Shown in pieces: positions 13,546-27,718 of a DNA stretch of 64,000 bases. Origin of the DNA: Octopus sinensis (Eukaryota). The stretch is taken from assembly GCF_006345805.1 (NCBI RefSeq), contig NC_043013.1:53072001-53136000 (forward strand), given 5' to 3'. The translations under genes were made by a program, and so were the position numbers. Below the pieces are notes generated by a model. That model ran no database searches, was not told the origin of the DNA, and was given only the letters and a program-made list of their open reading frames with translations. Every line of letters starts with the position of its first letter. The first letter of the stretch is position 1.

Positions 13546-16524
13546 TAAGCATAATTTATTTATAACTATATTTTACAATTGATGATTGTATGCAAAAATA
13601 AATAAAAAGATAAATAAAATAGAAAAAATAAGAAAAAAGCGACAAATATTCATTTGTTTTACCTCAGGCGTGAAGTAAAAATCGCTTTGAAACTTTAGCA
13701 TTAGGGTAGGATAAATACCTCAGAGCTGTCAAATCTTGGAACCCATTTAACTTATTTCTGCATGAAAATTCCTTCAGGAATTTAATGACTTTAGGGATGA
13801 GAAGAGCGGAACTCTGACGATAGGATCAACTCTCACACATTTGATATATCTTTATTAGTGTTCCACCCAGATCGACTTTGCCTTTCATCCTTTAGGTTCA
13901 ATATGTCAAGTACCAGTTGCACACTGGAGGTTGATGGAATCAATTTACCCACTGCCCCGAAATTGCTGGCCTTAGGTCAAAATTTGAATAGTTGTTAGTA
14001 AATTACTATTTGTTGTTACTTTATTACTATATCACTCCATTACTATATTAGTGTATTACTTAAGGACTTCGTGCTTAATTAAACTGACCCCACCCCCTCC
14101 AGATTGCCCTGTTGCTTCAGTTTCTTTAGTATGCGCCTGTTAACTACTGCTTTCTCACCCTTACACGATGGTGCTACCTATTTTTTAATATATGAGAGAA
14201 CCTTCGTAAATCAAATCTCCACAAATCTATTACATTATCCCTTTAACGCTCCAATTTCACTCACACTCATTTTCTCGTTCTCCCTCGAAGTCCGTCAAAT
14301 GTTTTACAACATAAACTTTCTCTGTTTTTAATGTTATACAGACAATAATTTTTTTTTGCTTTTTAAATAACGAAAACCGAAAGATTTGAAACCTTATTTC
14401 AATGGATGTAAATCTGTCTCATCGAATTATCAAGAATTTCAGACTTTTGCCGTTTCGTGTGCCAGCCTTACCATGCAAACAGATAACAGTATCTATTAAT
14501 GTCTTCGATATTCCATTCACTATTTTAAACCTATAGGGACACTTTCTTTAATATTCTGTGCAGATTCTTGTCTCCCTCACTGAGAGCCAAATGCTGATTG
14601 CTTCATATATATTAATACCTTAAATTTGATTCATGGTTTCTAGAACCGGTTTTCATTAAACTGTTAATATCCCTATGACAGTATCACTGCAAACAATTAC
14701 AACAACATCAAGTGTTTACATTTTGGAATATTTACGTATGTGAACTCCTCGTGCTGACCGAGAAGAAATTATGATACGAGACTAATAAGATTATGCAGTC
14801 TGCTACCAGTTCTTTCAGGCTTCACTTAATCTTGCGACCGATTTTCTCATGAGTTTCCTCTTGTAATTTAATAAACGAAAATTGACTCTTATCATAAGGA
14901 CACAGAAACTTAGTCTCGTTAGAATATTTCTTCAGTCAAAGAATTAGGTACTTCGCAAACGATAGCCTTATTTTACCATATTTCTTTTCCATCAATGATA
15001 TCCTCCCATAAGCAATGATCCCCGTTTCGATATTTTCATCTATCCATTGAGCCATGATAAATATATATACATATATATATATGTTTGTGTGTGTGTGTGA
15101 GAGAGAGAGAGAGAGCGTGTGTGTGTGTGTGTATAATACACACACTCGTACACACACATATATGCCGTTCAAGAATTTGAACCTGGAGATCTCCATTTCC
15201 ATTGACTTCGAGGGCCAACTTCCAGTGGTGACGGACGTCAACGAAGAGCCCTCGACTACAACAAAAGGACCAAAGTTTTTTTCGAAGGTCGGGGGGTCTC
15301 CCGACCCTAAGCTCTAGACCATCACCTAATCACCCTTATCCGTCTTGTTGCTTAACAACATAAAAACACACATGTATGTATGCATTATGTATGCATACAC
15401 ATACTCATACACACACACACACACACACACATACTCATAATATATACATATATAAAATTTGAAATATGAAGGTAGTTAAGTTAAAAAAAAAATTCTTTCT
15501 GTATAGATTCCTCTGATATTATCTCGAACCCTTTATGCTGTATTCCTATTTCCACGATTACATTCATCTTTATCTCTAAAAATATATGTGACCCTGGCCT
15601 CATAACTCCTTCAACCCTTCTCTTCTATCTCCAAAACCCTATCTGATCTTTGACATATTTATTCCCACCTTCGCTTTTATTCATATTCTCCAACCTGACA
15701 TTTCACTCCTCTTCTGAAACTAAGATCTGGTTTGTTCTATTAGAAATTCTCTATTTGGAACAAAATGTCCATTCTTATTTCTATTCAAGAATCCTGAGGC
15801 AATTAATTTCTTTACTTGAAATTCTTTCTGAAAATTTTCAAAATCTTTTATGTTTTTGTAGTATTTCGTAATTTTCGCCCAAAAATATATTTAATTCGTT
15901 TTTGTTTCGTTTATTTCTGATTCAAATCTCAGACTTTATGTATTTATGTATATCGCAATTTTTCTCATTTCTTCTTATTTGTTGTTTAAGACAAACGGCT
16001 ATTAACATCATCATAATCGCCGTCGTCATCATCATCGCTATCATCATTATCATCGTTGTTGTTATTGTTGATGATGTTACTATTACCATTATTCGTATCA
16101 TTATTCTTGTCTTCGTCGTCGTCATCAACCTCCCCCCTCTCCACCTCCTCATCCTCTCCCCCATCATCATTATTATTATTGGCATAGCTTTGTTTTATCA
16201 TTTTCTCTTCATTAACAGGTGTTTCGTTATTCTTCTTCTCCATCCAAACACATTATACTTCTGAGTTCTCTCTTCATTTTCAATTCAATACCTGAGATAA
16301 TCTTCGGTTCATAGAATTACACTGCGTCATTTTAACGATTTTATATTTCGCGATGCCATTGTCCAGTTGGAAATTCTTTGTCAATCCTAAAGAATTCTGT
16401 TTATTGCGTTAACATCTGTAAACTGTGGCAATTCACCCAACATCAATAGAATTGATATTGCGGTTTATAACCACCTATTATATTTAAATGTACATAAAAA
16501 AATAAAATAACAGAACGAAGCCGT

Positions 16525-16745
16525 TTAGATATACTTTTCTACTCTAGGTTCAAGGCTCGAAATTTTGGGGGAGAGGACAGTTCGATTAGATCGACCCCGT
16601 ACTAAACTGGTACATTATTTATCAACCTCGAAAGGATGAAAGGTAGAGGCGACCTCGGCGGAATTTGAACTCAGAACGTAAAGGAAGACGAAACACCGCC
16701 AAGTATTTCGCTCGGAGTGCTAACGTTTGTGCCAGCTCTTGCTTG
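16525..16745 (-). mobile_element. SINE family A
   Basis: CTTTTTCTACTCTAGG tail and GAAAGGATGAAAGG...CGACCTCGGCGGAATTTGAACTCAGAACGT core. Confidence 0.75.
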
Positions 16746-17415
16746 TCAAAATATAACCATAAACCTACCCTTCACCAAACATTTTCTTCCATAACATAAA
16801 TTTGGTCTCTGCTTGAAGCTGAATCTTTAATTCGGAGAGTAGGTACCTCGTTAACATCAACTCTCTTCTGATGTACCCGGTTTGTAGACTTCGCACTAGT
16901 ATTGTTCCTTGAAGAGAGAACACGCAACACGAATATTTAAGTGCCTTATGACTGTAAAGTGGTTATTTTAATACGGTATATAATTGTGTGTTTTGTTATG
17001 GTTGTGTATTAACTCCTTCAAATGTTAGTTTCCTTCTTACGAAATCTGCAAGGTCGGCCATCATCAAGTACTTGATTGATATTTCCTGCATGTATGTATG
17101 TATATATGTATGTATCTATGCACGTATGTATATATCTATGTATGTGTGTGTATCTTTGTATATGTGCGTGTTTGTGTGTGTGTGTTTGTCCTCAACCAAC
17201 TCTGGACAACCTGGGTTGATGGGCTTAAGACCCCGTAACATAGGAGTCTGGCAACAGAGGGCGATAGAAAATACGAGGTTTCAAACAAAAATTACTGCAG
17301 TGGGAACGGTTCGTTCGACTAAAATACTTCACGGTGATGGCCCAGGAGGGCTGCATTCTAATGACGGAAACAATTGGAATATAAGAGAATTTACATTATC
17401 TATCTACCTCTCCCT

Positions 17416-17503
<88 letters not shown>

Positions 17504-17527
17504 CATATATGTATGGATATATATATA

Positions 17528-17565
<38 letters not shown>

Positions 17566-17609
17566 ATATATATATATATACATACATGTATATATATACA
17601 TTATGTATG

Positions 17610-17690
<81 letters not shown>

Positions 17691-18304
17691 CATATATTTA
17701 TGTATATATATACATATAACATACATATACATATACATGCATAGACATATATTCTTTTATTCTTTAATGTTTCAGCCATAAGGCTGTGTCCATGCTGGAG
17801 CACCGCCAGTGACACGCGCAGACACGCAGGTACACACACGCAGGCACACACACACATACTTAGAAATTATATAGGCTTCACTTGGCAATGTCCCGGGCCA
17901 TATCTAACTTAATAGCGCCATCCGAAAATGACATTTAGAGATGTTTTGTATTAGCCCTTCACTGGGCCCCATAACCCATCCAGGTAAAAAGTTATTGTTT
18001 GCAGAGTTATATCCAGTGGTAGGTGGTTTACCTGGGATCCATTGGTGATAGTCGACCACTAACTGTTTACATATTAGGGGATCTTGTTCTTTTCCTATGT
18101 GTCTCGGTTTGACGTTAAAGAGAACAGGGCCAGTTAAGGTGAAATAGTTCCCTCTAAGCGTTGTGCTGTGACGTGACATGACTTTTGTTGAGGATGGAAA
18201 GAACGGGAACAAAACGTTGGAGGAATTTTAAAGTGGATGTCAACATCCTTTGGACAGTGTTATATATGTATTTCTATTTATCTATCCACACTCACACACA
18301 CACA

Positions 18305-18342
<38 letters not shown>

Positions 18343-18884
18343 GCTATTGCAAAGAATACGGAGACTTGGTACATCTTCAAATTTTTCATATAATTTAACA
18401 GTTAACTATACAGCATAATTACATAGTTAAAATGACGAAGTATATTGAAATGAGGTACCCACACAGTTTGCTTCGGACCACGCTTGTGGAATGACCTGGC
18501 ATGAAGTACATAGCAGAACATTGTGGGTTTCATAGGCAACTGAACATAATCTGCGCAGCAGAAACACGTGTCGGTCATTTTAACAAATTATGCAGAATAT
18601 TTAACCATTAAATTTTAAATTCAAAGGAAAAAATTAAAGACGTACCAGTCCCCGAATCTTTTGTAATTCTTTTAGATTTATGCATCCGAAAATATTCACA
18701 ATCTAGCAAAGCGACCAATACATGTACTTAGAATGGGATTGCTCATATAAAGCGATCCTTGACATTTTAACTATTTCATGTGGTTTGCCAGAACATGGAC
18801 TATATCTGAAAGCTATTACAGTACACGCTTATATAATGTTTCCCACTATAATCATCGTATATATGTGTATGTATATATATATAT

Positions 18885-19085
18885 TAATCGAAACATGAAA
18901 ACACAAAGAGAAAACACAACGACGCGAGGACATGGAACAAATATAGTATTATTGGACGCTCAGGAAGGAAGAGAAGAAGGAGAGTTTAACGTTTCGAGCG
19001 GAGCTCATCGTCAGAAACATAGGAAAAGGAAAGAGCGAGAGAAGGGAAGACAGAGGAAAAGAATCGCTAACGGTACACACGCGGT
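18885..19085 (-). mobile_element. ~200 bp non-coding HHR-bearing element (family H1)
   Basis: Shares CCTGAGCGT and pyrimidine-rich flanks with 40995-41155 and 42841-43022. Bounded by (TA)n tracts. Confidence 0.7.
18984..19018 (-). ncRNA. Minimal type I hammerhead ribozyme (family H1)
   Basis: Minus strand GTTT-CTGACGA-T-GAGC-TCC-GCTC-GAAA-CG-TT-AAAC: intact core, stem II GAGC/GCTC, stem I GTTT/AAAC, palindromic AACGTT in place of stem III. Confidence 0.8.
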
Positions 19086-19136
19086 CATATTTTATATATA
19101 TATCTTTATCTATATCTATCTATCTATCTATCGATC

Positions 19137-19167
<31 letters not shown>

Positions 19168-19413
19168 CTATCTATCTCTGCCTCTCTCTCTTTCTCTCAG
19201 TCTCTCTGTATATATATATATATATATATAAAGTGTATTGAGTGCTTTTTTGTGGCACATCCATTGGCAGGTTCACCAAGTACTTGCAACACAAAGAATG
19301 TTTGAGAGAGAGGGGGCATTGGAGGAGGAGATCTTGTCAGATGATGGAAGATTAGAGTGTGACAGAGAGACATAAACAGGTGCCTTGCTGTAGAGGAGTT
19401 ATAAGGTTACCCG

Positions 19414-19466
<53 letters not shown>

Positions 19467-19828
19467 TTGACATATATACATAAACACGTAGGATTCTTTA
19501 TAGCAGAATTTACAAAGCTGATTATGCATTATGAGGTACGCTTAGTTAGAATTGATAGACAACGTCTCTGCATAAAACTGGATCCATGCTGTAAAACGTT
19601 AACGGATCGACTCAAGCTGATGAATATTGATTGAATAACCCCCGTCTCAGTGCAGTAATATATATATATTATATATAATATATATATATATATATAATAT
19701 ATATATATATATACATACATACATATATACATTACATATATATATATACATATAAATACATACATACATATATATATATTATATATTATATATATATATA
19801 TACATATATAACATAATATATATATACG

Positions 19829-19915
<87 letters not shown>

Positions 19916-20373
19916 TATATATATATATATATATATAAACATATATATACAGAGACAGACAGATATAGATATATAAATTATGATATACACAGACATGGAT
20001 GCACACATACATGTGTAGTGCTTATTACCTGCTACCATCGTACCATCGATTTGGAAAGACATCTGCAACTATGAACTGAATTTCTGCAGGCAATATTTAT
20101 TTGCTTCATATTTTATTTTGGTAACATCATGTGTGTGATAGAATATACGTACGTGCGTACGTGCGTATTTGTGTGTGTGTGTATGTGTGTGTGTGTGTGT
20201 ATGTGCGTGTGTGTGCGTGTTTGTCGTGTGTACGTGTATGTGTCTATGCATTCATCTATCTATGTATGTACGTTTATCCATATCCGGATGTACATATATG
20301 TGCGTGAGTATACACATATGTATATGTATATACATACAAAATGTATATGTGTATATATTACATACGCATGCAA

Positions 20374-20427
<54 letters not shown>

Positions 20428-20504
20428 CGCACACATATCTTCACGTTTCTGTAAGTTTCACGCCTGTAACATGTTGACATTTTCCAATTAAGGAGCAAAT
20501 TAAC

Positions 20505-20547
20505 ATTATAATAATAATAATGATATAATAATAATAATAATAATAAT

Positions 20548-20632
<85 letters not shown>

Positions 20633-20639
20633 ATTATTA

Positions 20640-20701
<62 letters not shown>

Positions 20702-20715
20702 CATATTATTATTGC
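20505..20715. repeat. (ATA)n array switching to (TTA)n: AT-rich inverted repeat
   Basis: Strand polarity of the trinucleotide repeat flips at ~20633. Confidence 0.9.
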
Positions 20716-21337
20716 TGCCATTATTTCCTTATTTCTTGAATTTATATATATATATTCTTCATTTATGACAAGAGGAAATGAATATTAAATCCATGCCCCG
20801 AGGATTAAAGTGTATAATTCATTCTAAATCTCTTTATATTTTTATTAATCTGTCTACAAGACATAGAAGAACTTGACGCGAAAATACACGCATTGTAATA
20901 GATGAAGAAAAGTTTGTGTTTAAAGCAACAGATTTCTTTATTATGTGCTCGTCTTCTTAGTGCGTCCGTACTGTGGTGATTTCTTTCTGCGGTGAAGTTT
21001 GTGCTTTGTTAGATATAAGATGGAAATTCATTCATAGTTTCTTACGAACAGTAATGCATTTTTGATGTTTGAATAATGATAGTAATGTACGGGGTAGTTT
21101 GTAATATTGCCTGCTCTAACGAAAGAGCAGCCATTTGCATATGAATCTAATTTGTGTCACAGGCAACAGTTTGGATTTTGCTGATAACTTGTTAATAAGC
21201 AGTATCCTGTGAAGATAGGTGACAAGGATTTATTTATAGCCAAATACACGGACGTATCTAGATTGCAATGACCACTTTCTTTAGTCACACGGTTTCAGTA
21301 GATTGTTCACCAAACCTTTCTTATTCTCTTTGCCTTG

Positions 21338-21379
<42 letters not shown>

Positions 21380-21698
21380 GCTTACCTATCTTCCAATCTA
21401 GCTATTGATATCTTCATATCTATATATATGGACATATCTCCATACACACACACACACATGCACATCTTTTCTCATCCCAGTTGTACCAACTTTCTCTGTG
21501 GCAGGCTTGATAATTGTCGAGAAATGTCTCTCAGCATGAAACCAATAGTAGCCTAATTAACCTACAAATGAGGAATATTCATTCACCAATGCAATGTGTA
21601 GTTCTCATCCTCATTGTTCCAAACTGGTGCATATAACACAGACACGCGCGCGCGAGCGTTTATATATGCGTGTATATCTATCTATTTATCTATCTATC

Positions 21699-21738
<40 letters not shown>

Positions 21739-22066
21739 TATATATATATATATTTAGAGAGAGAGCGGGATAGAGAGAGAGAGAGATACATACATACATA
21801 CATGCATACGCGTTGAACACTTTGTCGTCGCACAAGGGAGATCTTTTTCTCCTACGACGCACTGTACAGGGGTCACCATACTTTGTGGCTGAAACTGCTT
21901 TGATGTCTGAAGAATAAATATGCAAACTATTCGTTGCAGGTCTCGCTTTAGACCGTGCGAACAATGATTACGCACACACGCACACGCGCACATACACAAT
22001 TATATCTATCTATCTATTTGTTTCACTTGCTTTCTCACAGACTCTCTCTCTCTCTGTTTCTCTCTG

Positions 22067-22097
<31 letters not shown>

Positions 22098-22439
22098 TTA
22101 TATATTTATATATTGGCTCACATCTCATTGGTAAGAAATAAGTTTCTCAAACGGTTGGAGAGTTCGTAAGAGTCGTGGTGCAATAGTAGAACGTCTGTCA
22201 TATTTGCAGAAGACGTGTGTTCGATTCCCATCGTCAGACTTAGACGTTATTTTAGAATGTGTGGAACTTCATAAGGTTTAAAATTGACACAGAACACAAA
22301 GAAACGAGCCAAGATAATGTTGTAGAGCCAAGATAATGTTGTAGAGCCAGTGAATTGAGTGATGTGGCGGACGTAAGCACTTAAGAAGGTACTAGATGTG
22401 CAGGAAGGCGGTATGAACACCAGCCCTTGCTAGCCACTG

Positions 22440-22800
22440 GTAACCACCAATGAAATTCATGTGGAATACGACAATCTACAGAGGTAAGAAGCTGCAGCAT
22501 ATCATACGCCTACAGAGTGAGACCAAACAACGAAAGTTTAGTGACGTAATGGTGTCTACTGATTAGAAGTTTGTTTAGACAATGAGAAAAAACGCAAGGT
22601 ATGAACAGATGCGTATTGATAAAACCTCAAGAGTGAGCGTGATACCCACGATGACTGGTGCATTCAGAACCATGTCATGGAAGATAGAATACCTCGCATG
22701 AGAACTTGGAACTAGCAGACTTCAGGAGTAAAACTTAAATGGCGGTCACACTAGGAACGGTGCATGTGTCGAGGAAAATGCTATGTCTCTAAGATGTAGG
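22440..22800 (+). pseudogene. Old R4/R2-superfamily RLE endonuclease C-terminal relic
   Basis: Broken translation KFMWNTTIY...EKKRK(Y)...VSVIPTMTGAF...(Q)MAVTLGTVHVSRKML parallels the better-preserved copies at 24.9-26.4 kb. Confidence 0.5.
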
Positions 22801-22879
22801 AATGAACTGAGAAATGGTACAGGTAACCCAATGGTACAGGCAACCCAAACATCATAAAGGTGGAGAGAATTGTGATAGT

Positions 22880-23165
22880 ATTAATTCTAATAATACTAAT
22901 CATGCGATCCCGTGATCGACCAGACTATCGGATGTGGTTATACATCACTGGCCACAATGCGCTTTGCATCGTTTTACCTTTGCATCGCTTTAACAACATC
23001 GCTCCCTGGATCAGAAGGCTGCTCCTTTACAACTGAATGGAATTACGCAACATGAAATGAAGTGTCTTGCTCAAGCGCATAAAACTCAGCTGATCTGGGA
23101 ATCGAACTCAGGATCTCACAATCGTTAATGTAAAAAGCTTAGCCCCTAGGCCACCCGCCTTCACA
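22880..23165 (-). mobile_element. tRNA-derived SINE (family C here)
   Basis: GAAGTGTCTTGCTCAAG...GGGAATCGAACTC...TAGGCCAC is the reverse of a tRNA-like head with a B box. Confidence 0.6.
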
Positions 23166-24090
23166 ATATCACGAATCGAATGCTATTACTGATGATAATC
23201 TGTTCTCCTGTCGTCACAGGAGCTGAAATTTTGTTTAGGGATCAGGGTTCTTGTCGATTACCATGTTCAATTTATTTAATTTAACCTGAAAGAATGAATG
23301 ACAAAAATCGGTCTCAGTGGAATTTGAACTCAGAACGCAAAGCCAAAGCAGTTGGGCATGTTAACAATTCCCCAAGACTGGGTATATGAGCGTTTAAATA
23401 GAATCTTAATGAAACAAAAATATCGGTTGTTGTTGTACTTGTAGTTGTTGTTTGTGTGCAGGCACGTGTGTGATATAGCTTCGTAACGAAAGAATGAGGT
23501 GTATGTGTACATTCTGAGATCTCCTAGTTTGTGCTGACAGAAACGTTTAGCGTGATGCCTGTTAAGTTTCGTGTATTGGACATATACAATATCCCATTCA
23601 TAATCATTTCAATTTAAGTGTAATTTGTTATAATATAAAGAAGGTATGGAAGATCACAATTTCTATGGGATGACATTATCGCTGAAACCAGAAGAAATAT
23701 TACATATTTTATTGTGTCGATAATAGACTGTTCCTTTCCATTGTTCGAAGTTCTTTGGGATCCTTCCTTTACACGTTGAAGTGATATTCTTAATAGAAAA
23801 TCTGCTGCGCTCTGATACAAATCTGGACGCTGCTGGCTCTCTTAGTAAATTAACTTCATTTGTACAACAAATGCTCTCGGGAAAGATAACTCCATAACAC
23901 ACATTCCATATTTCTCCTGTTTTATTATACACAACATATGAGCCTTGTCAGAAAGATATTCTGATATTAATTATAAATTCCCTCCTGACTTGGACTTCAC
24001 GTTTTACTTCACCTTTTACTCAAATTATTCCAGTATTTGTGTATAAGAAAGCACAAATGCTATGTACTTTGAAAATGTGATCTAGCCTGT

Positions 24091-24140
<50 letters not shown>

Positions 24141-24849
24141 GGGGTTCGATCCCTTTTAAACTTTGATGTATATTGCGCAATACACTGCAAACATTCTCGA
24201 GATACGACGGATCGACAGAACTGCATATTTTTTACTCCTGCTAAAACTATGCTATTTCGTCTACTCAAAAACACATATCTATATATCTATAAGTTAAATA
24301 AGTGTTAACAAATAACAAATATTAAGTGACGATGAGGAAGAAAAGAATTATATTGTATAATTATGAATAAAGTCTGGAAGTTTCAGTAAGAAAATGTAAC
24401 TCCTCCCTCATCTATTCCGGATTCATAATCAACTACTTACCACGATACAATGGCAAAAACGCATCGAAGAAAGAAGTGAGATCGTATGACGTCATGCTTT
24501 TCTTAAAGATATCCGTGACGGAAGTTAAGTCTAAGGAACTGCATTGAATCAGGAAACAAATTTATTTAACCGATTCTGTTCGCCAGCAGCTTTGCCTTTT
24601 GTTCTACGATGCTTGTCACAATTTTACAAGATTTCAATCTATGTGCGTAATTTATAGAAAAGTTGAACAGATTTGAAAAAAAAAATCATTGATTTGATTA
24701 GTCTACTGCAGCAGAAATTTACCAAAATTGCATCTGCAAAAACACGAGACTGGCTACATTGTAACGATATGATTTTGTGACAAACTTACTATCATCATCA
24801 TCATCATCATCATCATTATTATTATTATCATTATTATTATTATTATTAT

Positions 24850-25372
24850 TCAGTAGTTTTATTTTTATAGCGTGCTTTCACTTCACTACCGAGCGCAGCT
24901 CTGTATGCCTTAGGTATGTGCTGTGATTTGTTGTGATGCTCTGATGGTTATTGTATGGAAAGTGTTCTGCGTAGGATGTGTGCAGTGCCTAGTAGTGCAA
25001 TTTTCTGTATGTTATATGTGTTTGTAAGTCCTGGTGTTTTTGTTATGTATTTGTCTGAATATTTTTTTATCATGCCTAATGCACCTACTATGATAGGAAT
25101 TGTTTCTGTTTTCAGGTTCCACATTCTAGTTACCTCTATTTCCAGGTCTTTGTATTTTGAGAGTTTCTCCATTTCTTTTAGAGACACGTTGTCATCTGCC
25201 GGTATTGATACATCAATTAGAAAGCATTTTTTTTCTTCATAATCTCTGACAACTATATCTGGTCTGTTGGCCTTAATTTCTCTATCTGTATGTATCGGCA
25301 TATCCCAGAGTATGGTTGCTTTCTCGTTTTCTGTGACCTTTTCTGGTGTGTGTCTATACCATCTTTTTTCTC
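24850..25372 (-). mobile_element. 5'-truncated R4/Dong-like non-LTR retrotransposon, copy A (RLE endonuclease end + 3'UTR)
   Basis: ORF 24948-25301 has RPDIVV...LIDVSIP...EKLSKYKDL...PIIVGALG...ALLGTAHILRRTL (PD-(D/E)xK RLE motif). Flanked on both sides by (TAA)n. Confidence 0.9.
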
Positions 25373-25414
<42 letters not shown>

Positions 25415-25487
25415 GTTATTGTTATTATTATTATTATTATTATTATCATTATTATTATTATGATTTTTATGATTATTATTATTATTA

Positions 25488-25549
<62 letters not shown>

Positions 25550-25550
25550 T

Positions 25551-26371
25551 TCCTTCTTTCTTAAAATTTTCTTCCGCTTCTCGCCGAGTGTTTTCCGTAC
25601 ACCTAGGGCTAAGATGCTCATTGTATGCATTCCCAGATTACACATGCAAATTCACAGGTAAAAAAAAAATTAATAGATAAATAAATCCATGAATGGATGT
25701 TGTTTTCACAGCAATAATTCTCTTCTCAGTACATGAGTCGTTCCAGTTAACACAATTTTTTGCACTTCCTGTAGGGATGGTAAGCCTGGAATCATTTTCA
25801 AATAGGTTTCAGTACCCATTTTTTATCATTCCTAGAGATCCTACAATCACTGGTGCTGTAGTTGCCTTGAGATGCCACATTTTGTCAATTTCTTTTAGCA
25901 AGTCTTTATATTTACTGATCTTGTCAAATTCTTTCGCCGCTATATTGTGATCGCAAGGAATATCCGGTTCATTAGCTTTTATAGCTTTGTCGGTATGTAC
26001 CGGTAAGTCCCATAGAATCGACACATTTTCTCCCTCAGTCACAGCTTCAGGATGGTGTTTATACCATTTGTCAGCGGTTTTGATTTTATAATATCGACAT
26101 ATTATCCAGTGTAAATGCTGGCTGACTCTGTCATGTCTTGCTCCATATTCTACAGGTGCTAAGACTCTATCTACATCCTGAGATTAAGTGGTCTATTGTT
26201 TCAATCTCATTGTTACAGAGTCAGCTCCATTTTTTATCACATTGGCTTGGTAGTTCCGCGTTAATAAGCTTTGGTCTTGAGCAGCTAATAGGAAACCTTC
26301 ACTCTCTGCTTTTAGCCCTGAGCTTCGTAACTATTGATGCGTGTGTTTCTGGTCGACATCAGCTTGTTTGC
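25551..26371 (-). mobile_element. 5'-truncated R4/Dong-like non-LTR retrotransposon, copy B (different subfamily)
   Basis: Frameshifted LKAESEGFLLAAQDQSL...ETIDHLISGC...RHDRV...ILWDLPVHTD...KISKYKDL...VIVGSLG...LTGTTHVLRR (zinc-knuckle remnant + RLE). (TAA)n on both sides. Confidence 0.9.
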
Positions 26372-26431
<60 letters not shown>

Positions 26432-26634
26432 CATTATCATCATCATCATCATCATCAGAACTCTCAAAGCTATTTTTCTGGTTATGATGGAAAATGTCAG
26501 CTACACAAAAGCAGCAGAATGAGGTGATATTTGCTCATTGACCATGCTCCAAGAACCCTGCAAAGGGCTCTTGTAGAATAGATTTGACCTGCTCCACTCC
26601 AACGATTTGGATATATATATATATATATTTGAAA

Positions 26635-26790
26635 TTTATAAAGAAACAAAAGACAAAGACAAGTGTATGAAAAACAAGCAAGTGCATTAGTTTGATGCTC
26701 GGGAAAAGGAAAATGTCGTTTACATTTCGCGCCTCCGCTCTTCAACAGGACTGAATAAGAGAAAATAAACAGAGAGGGAATATAAAAAAA
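26635..26790 (-). mobile_element. Non-coding HHR-like element (family H2), degraded
   Basis: Minus strand CTGTTGA-A-GAGC-GGAG-GCGC-GAAA-TG-TA-AAC at ~26718-26747. Similar to 47845-48000 and 50048-50200. Confidence 0.6.
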
Positions 26791-26824
26791 AACTTGTAGA
26801 TTTCAGCGGCCCAGCATGTTGAAT

Positions 26825-26965
26825 ATATATATCCAACGAGCTTCTATACTTTTCCCGTCACGAAATTCATTGATCGACCTCAGGTCATAATAGTAGATAT
26901 TTGCCCAATGTGTCGCGCAGTAGTACTGAACCCGAAACCCGTTGGCAGAAAGTGAGCTTCTTACC
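26825..26965 (-). mobile_element. SINE family B head, diverged
   Basis: TTTGCCCAATGTGTCGCGCAGTAGTACTGAACCCGAAACC and CAACGAGCTTCT match the family B head. Confidence 0.6.
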
Positions 26966-27484
26966 GTACACCAAAAATTATTCCAACATTTCCGTGTTTC
27001 TATATAAATTAACTGTTTTATTTTTCTTTGCTATCTGCTATCAGATCATCCCGGTGTCGTCTGCACTTTTCAAAGACATTAATATTGAATGATAAGCATA
27101 CTATACTTCTATTGCCATTTATGTTGTTGACGTCGTTGTTGCTAAATTGTTGTAGAAAGATTATTTTTCTTGTCTCAAATAAATTACTTCCTGGTTACTT
27201 TCTAAAGTTTTCCTCCATCTTGTTGATCGATTAGATGTTGGTCCACATTCGATGAGTTTGCAATGAGTGAACGGAGGAATTTAAATGTAAATAGGATTAA
27301 ATTACTCTTCTAAATTAATCATATCGCTGAATCAATAATAAATACATTATTATTGTTACTGTTCTTGTTGTTGTTGATGTTGTGTTGTTGAATTCGACAA
27401 CAACTACGACGACGGCGATGATGACGATGATGATGATGAGGAGGAGGGGGAGGATGATAATGATGATGATTATAATGATGATTT

Positions 27485-27718
27485 AAGGCGGCGAGCTGGC
27501 AGAGACGTTAGCACGCCGGGCGAAGTACTTCGCGGTATTTCGCCCGTCGCTACGTTCTGGGTTCAAATTCCGCCGAGGTCGACTTTACCTTTCATCCTAT
27601 AGGGGTCGATAAATTAAGTACCAGTTACGCACTGGGGTCGATGTAATCGACTTAATCCGTTTGTCTGTCCTTGTTTGTCCCCTCTGTGTTTAGACCCTTG
27701 TGGGTAGTAAAGAAATAT
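27485..27718 (+). mobile_element. Full-length SINE family A
   Basis: AAGGCGGCGAGCTGGCAGA head, B-box GGGTTCAAATTCC, core GGGGTCGATAAATTAAGTACCAG, tail ...GTAGTAAAGAAATA. Confidence 0.85.

Noticed and set aside
21111-21139. Hairpin CTGCTCT/AGAGCAG next to an octamer ATTTGCAT
   Set aside because: No associated snRNA or promoter context is visible, and short motifs like this are expected by chance.
22172-22245. tRNA gene
   Set aside because: It has A/B-box-like motifs and an anticodon-like stem, but the loop (CATATTT) is non-canonical and the acceptor stem is poor. At most a decayed SINE head or pseudogene.
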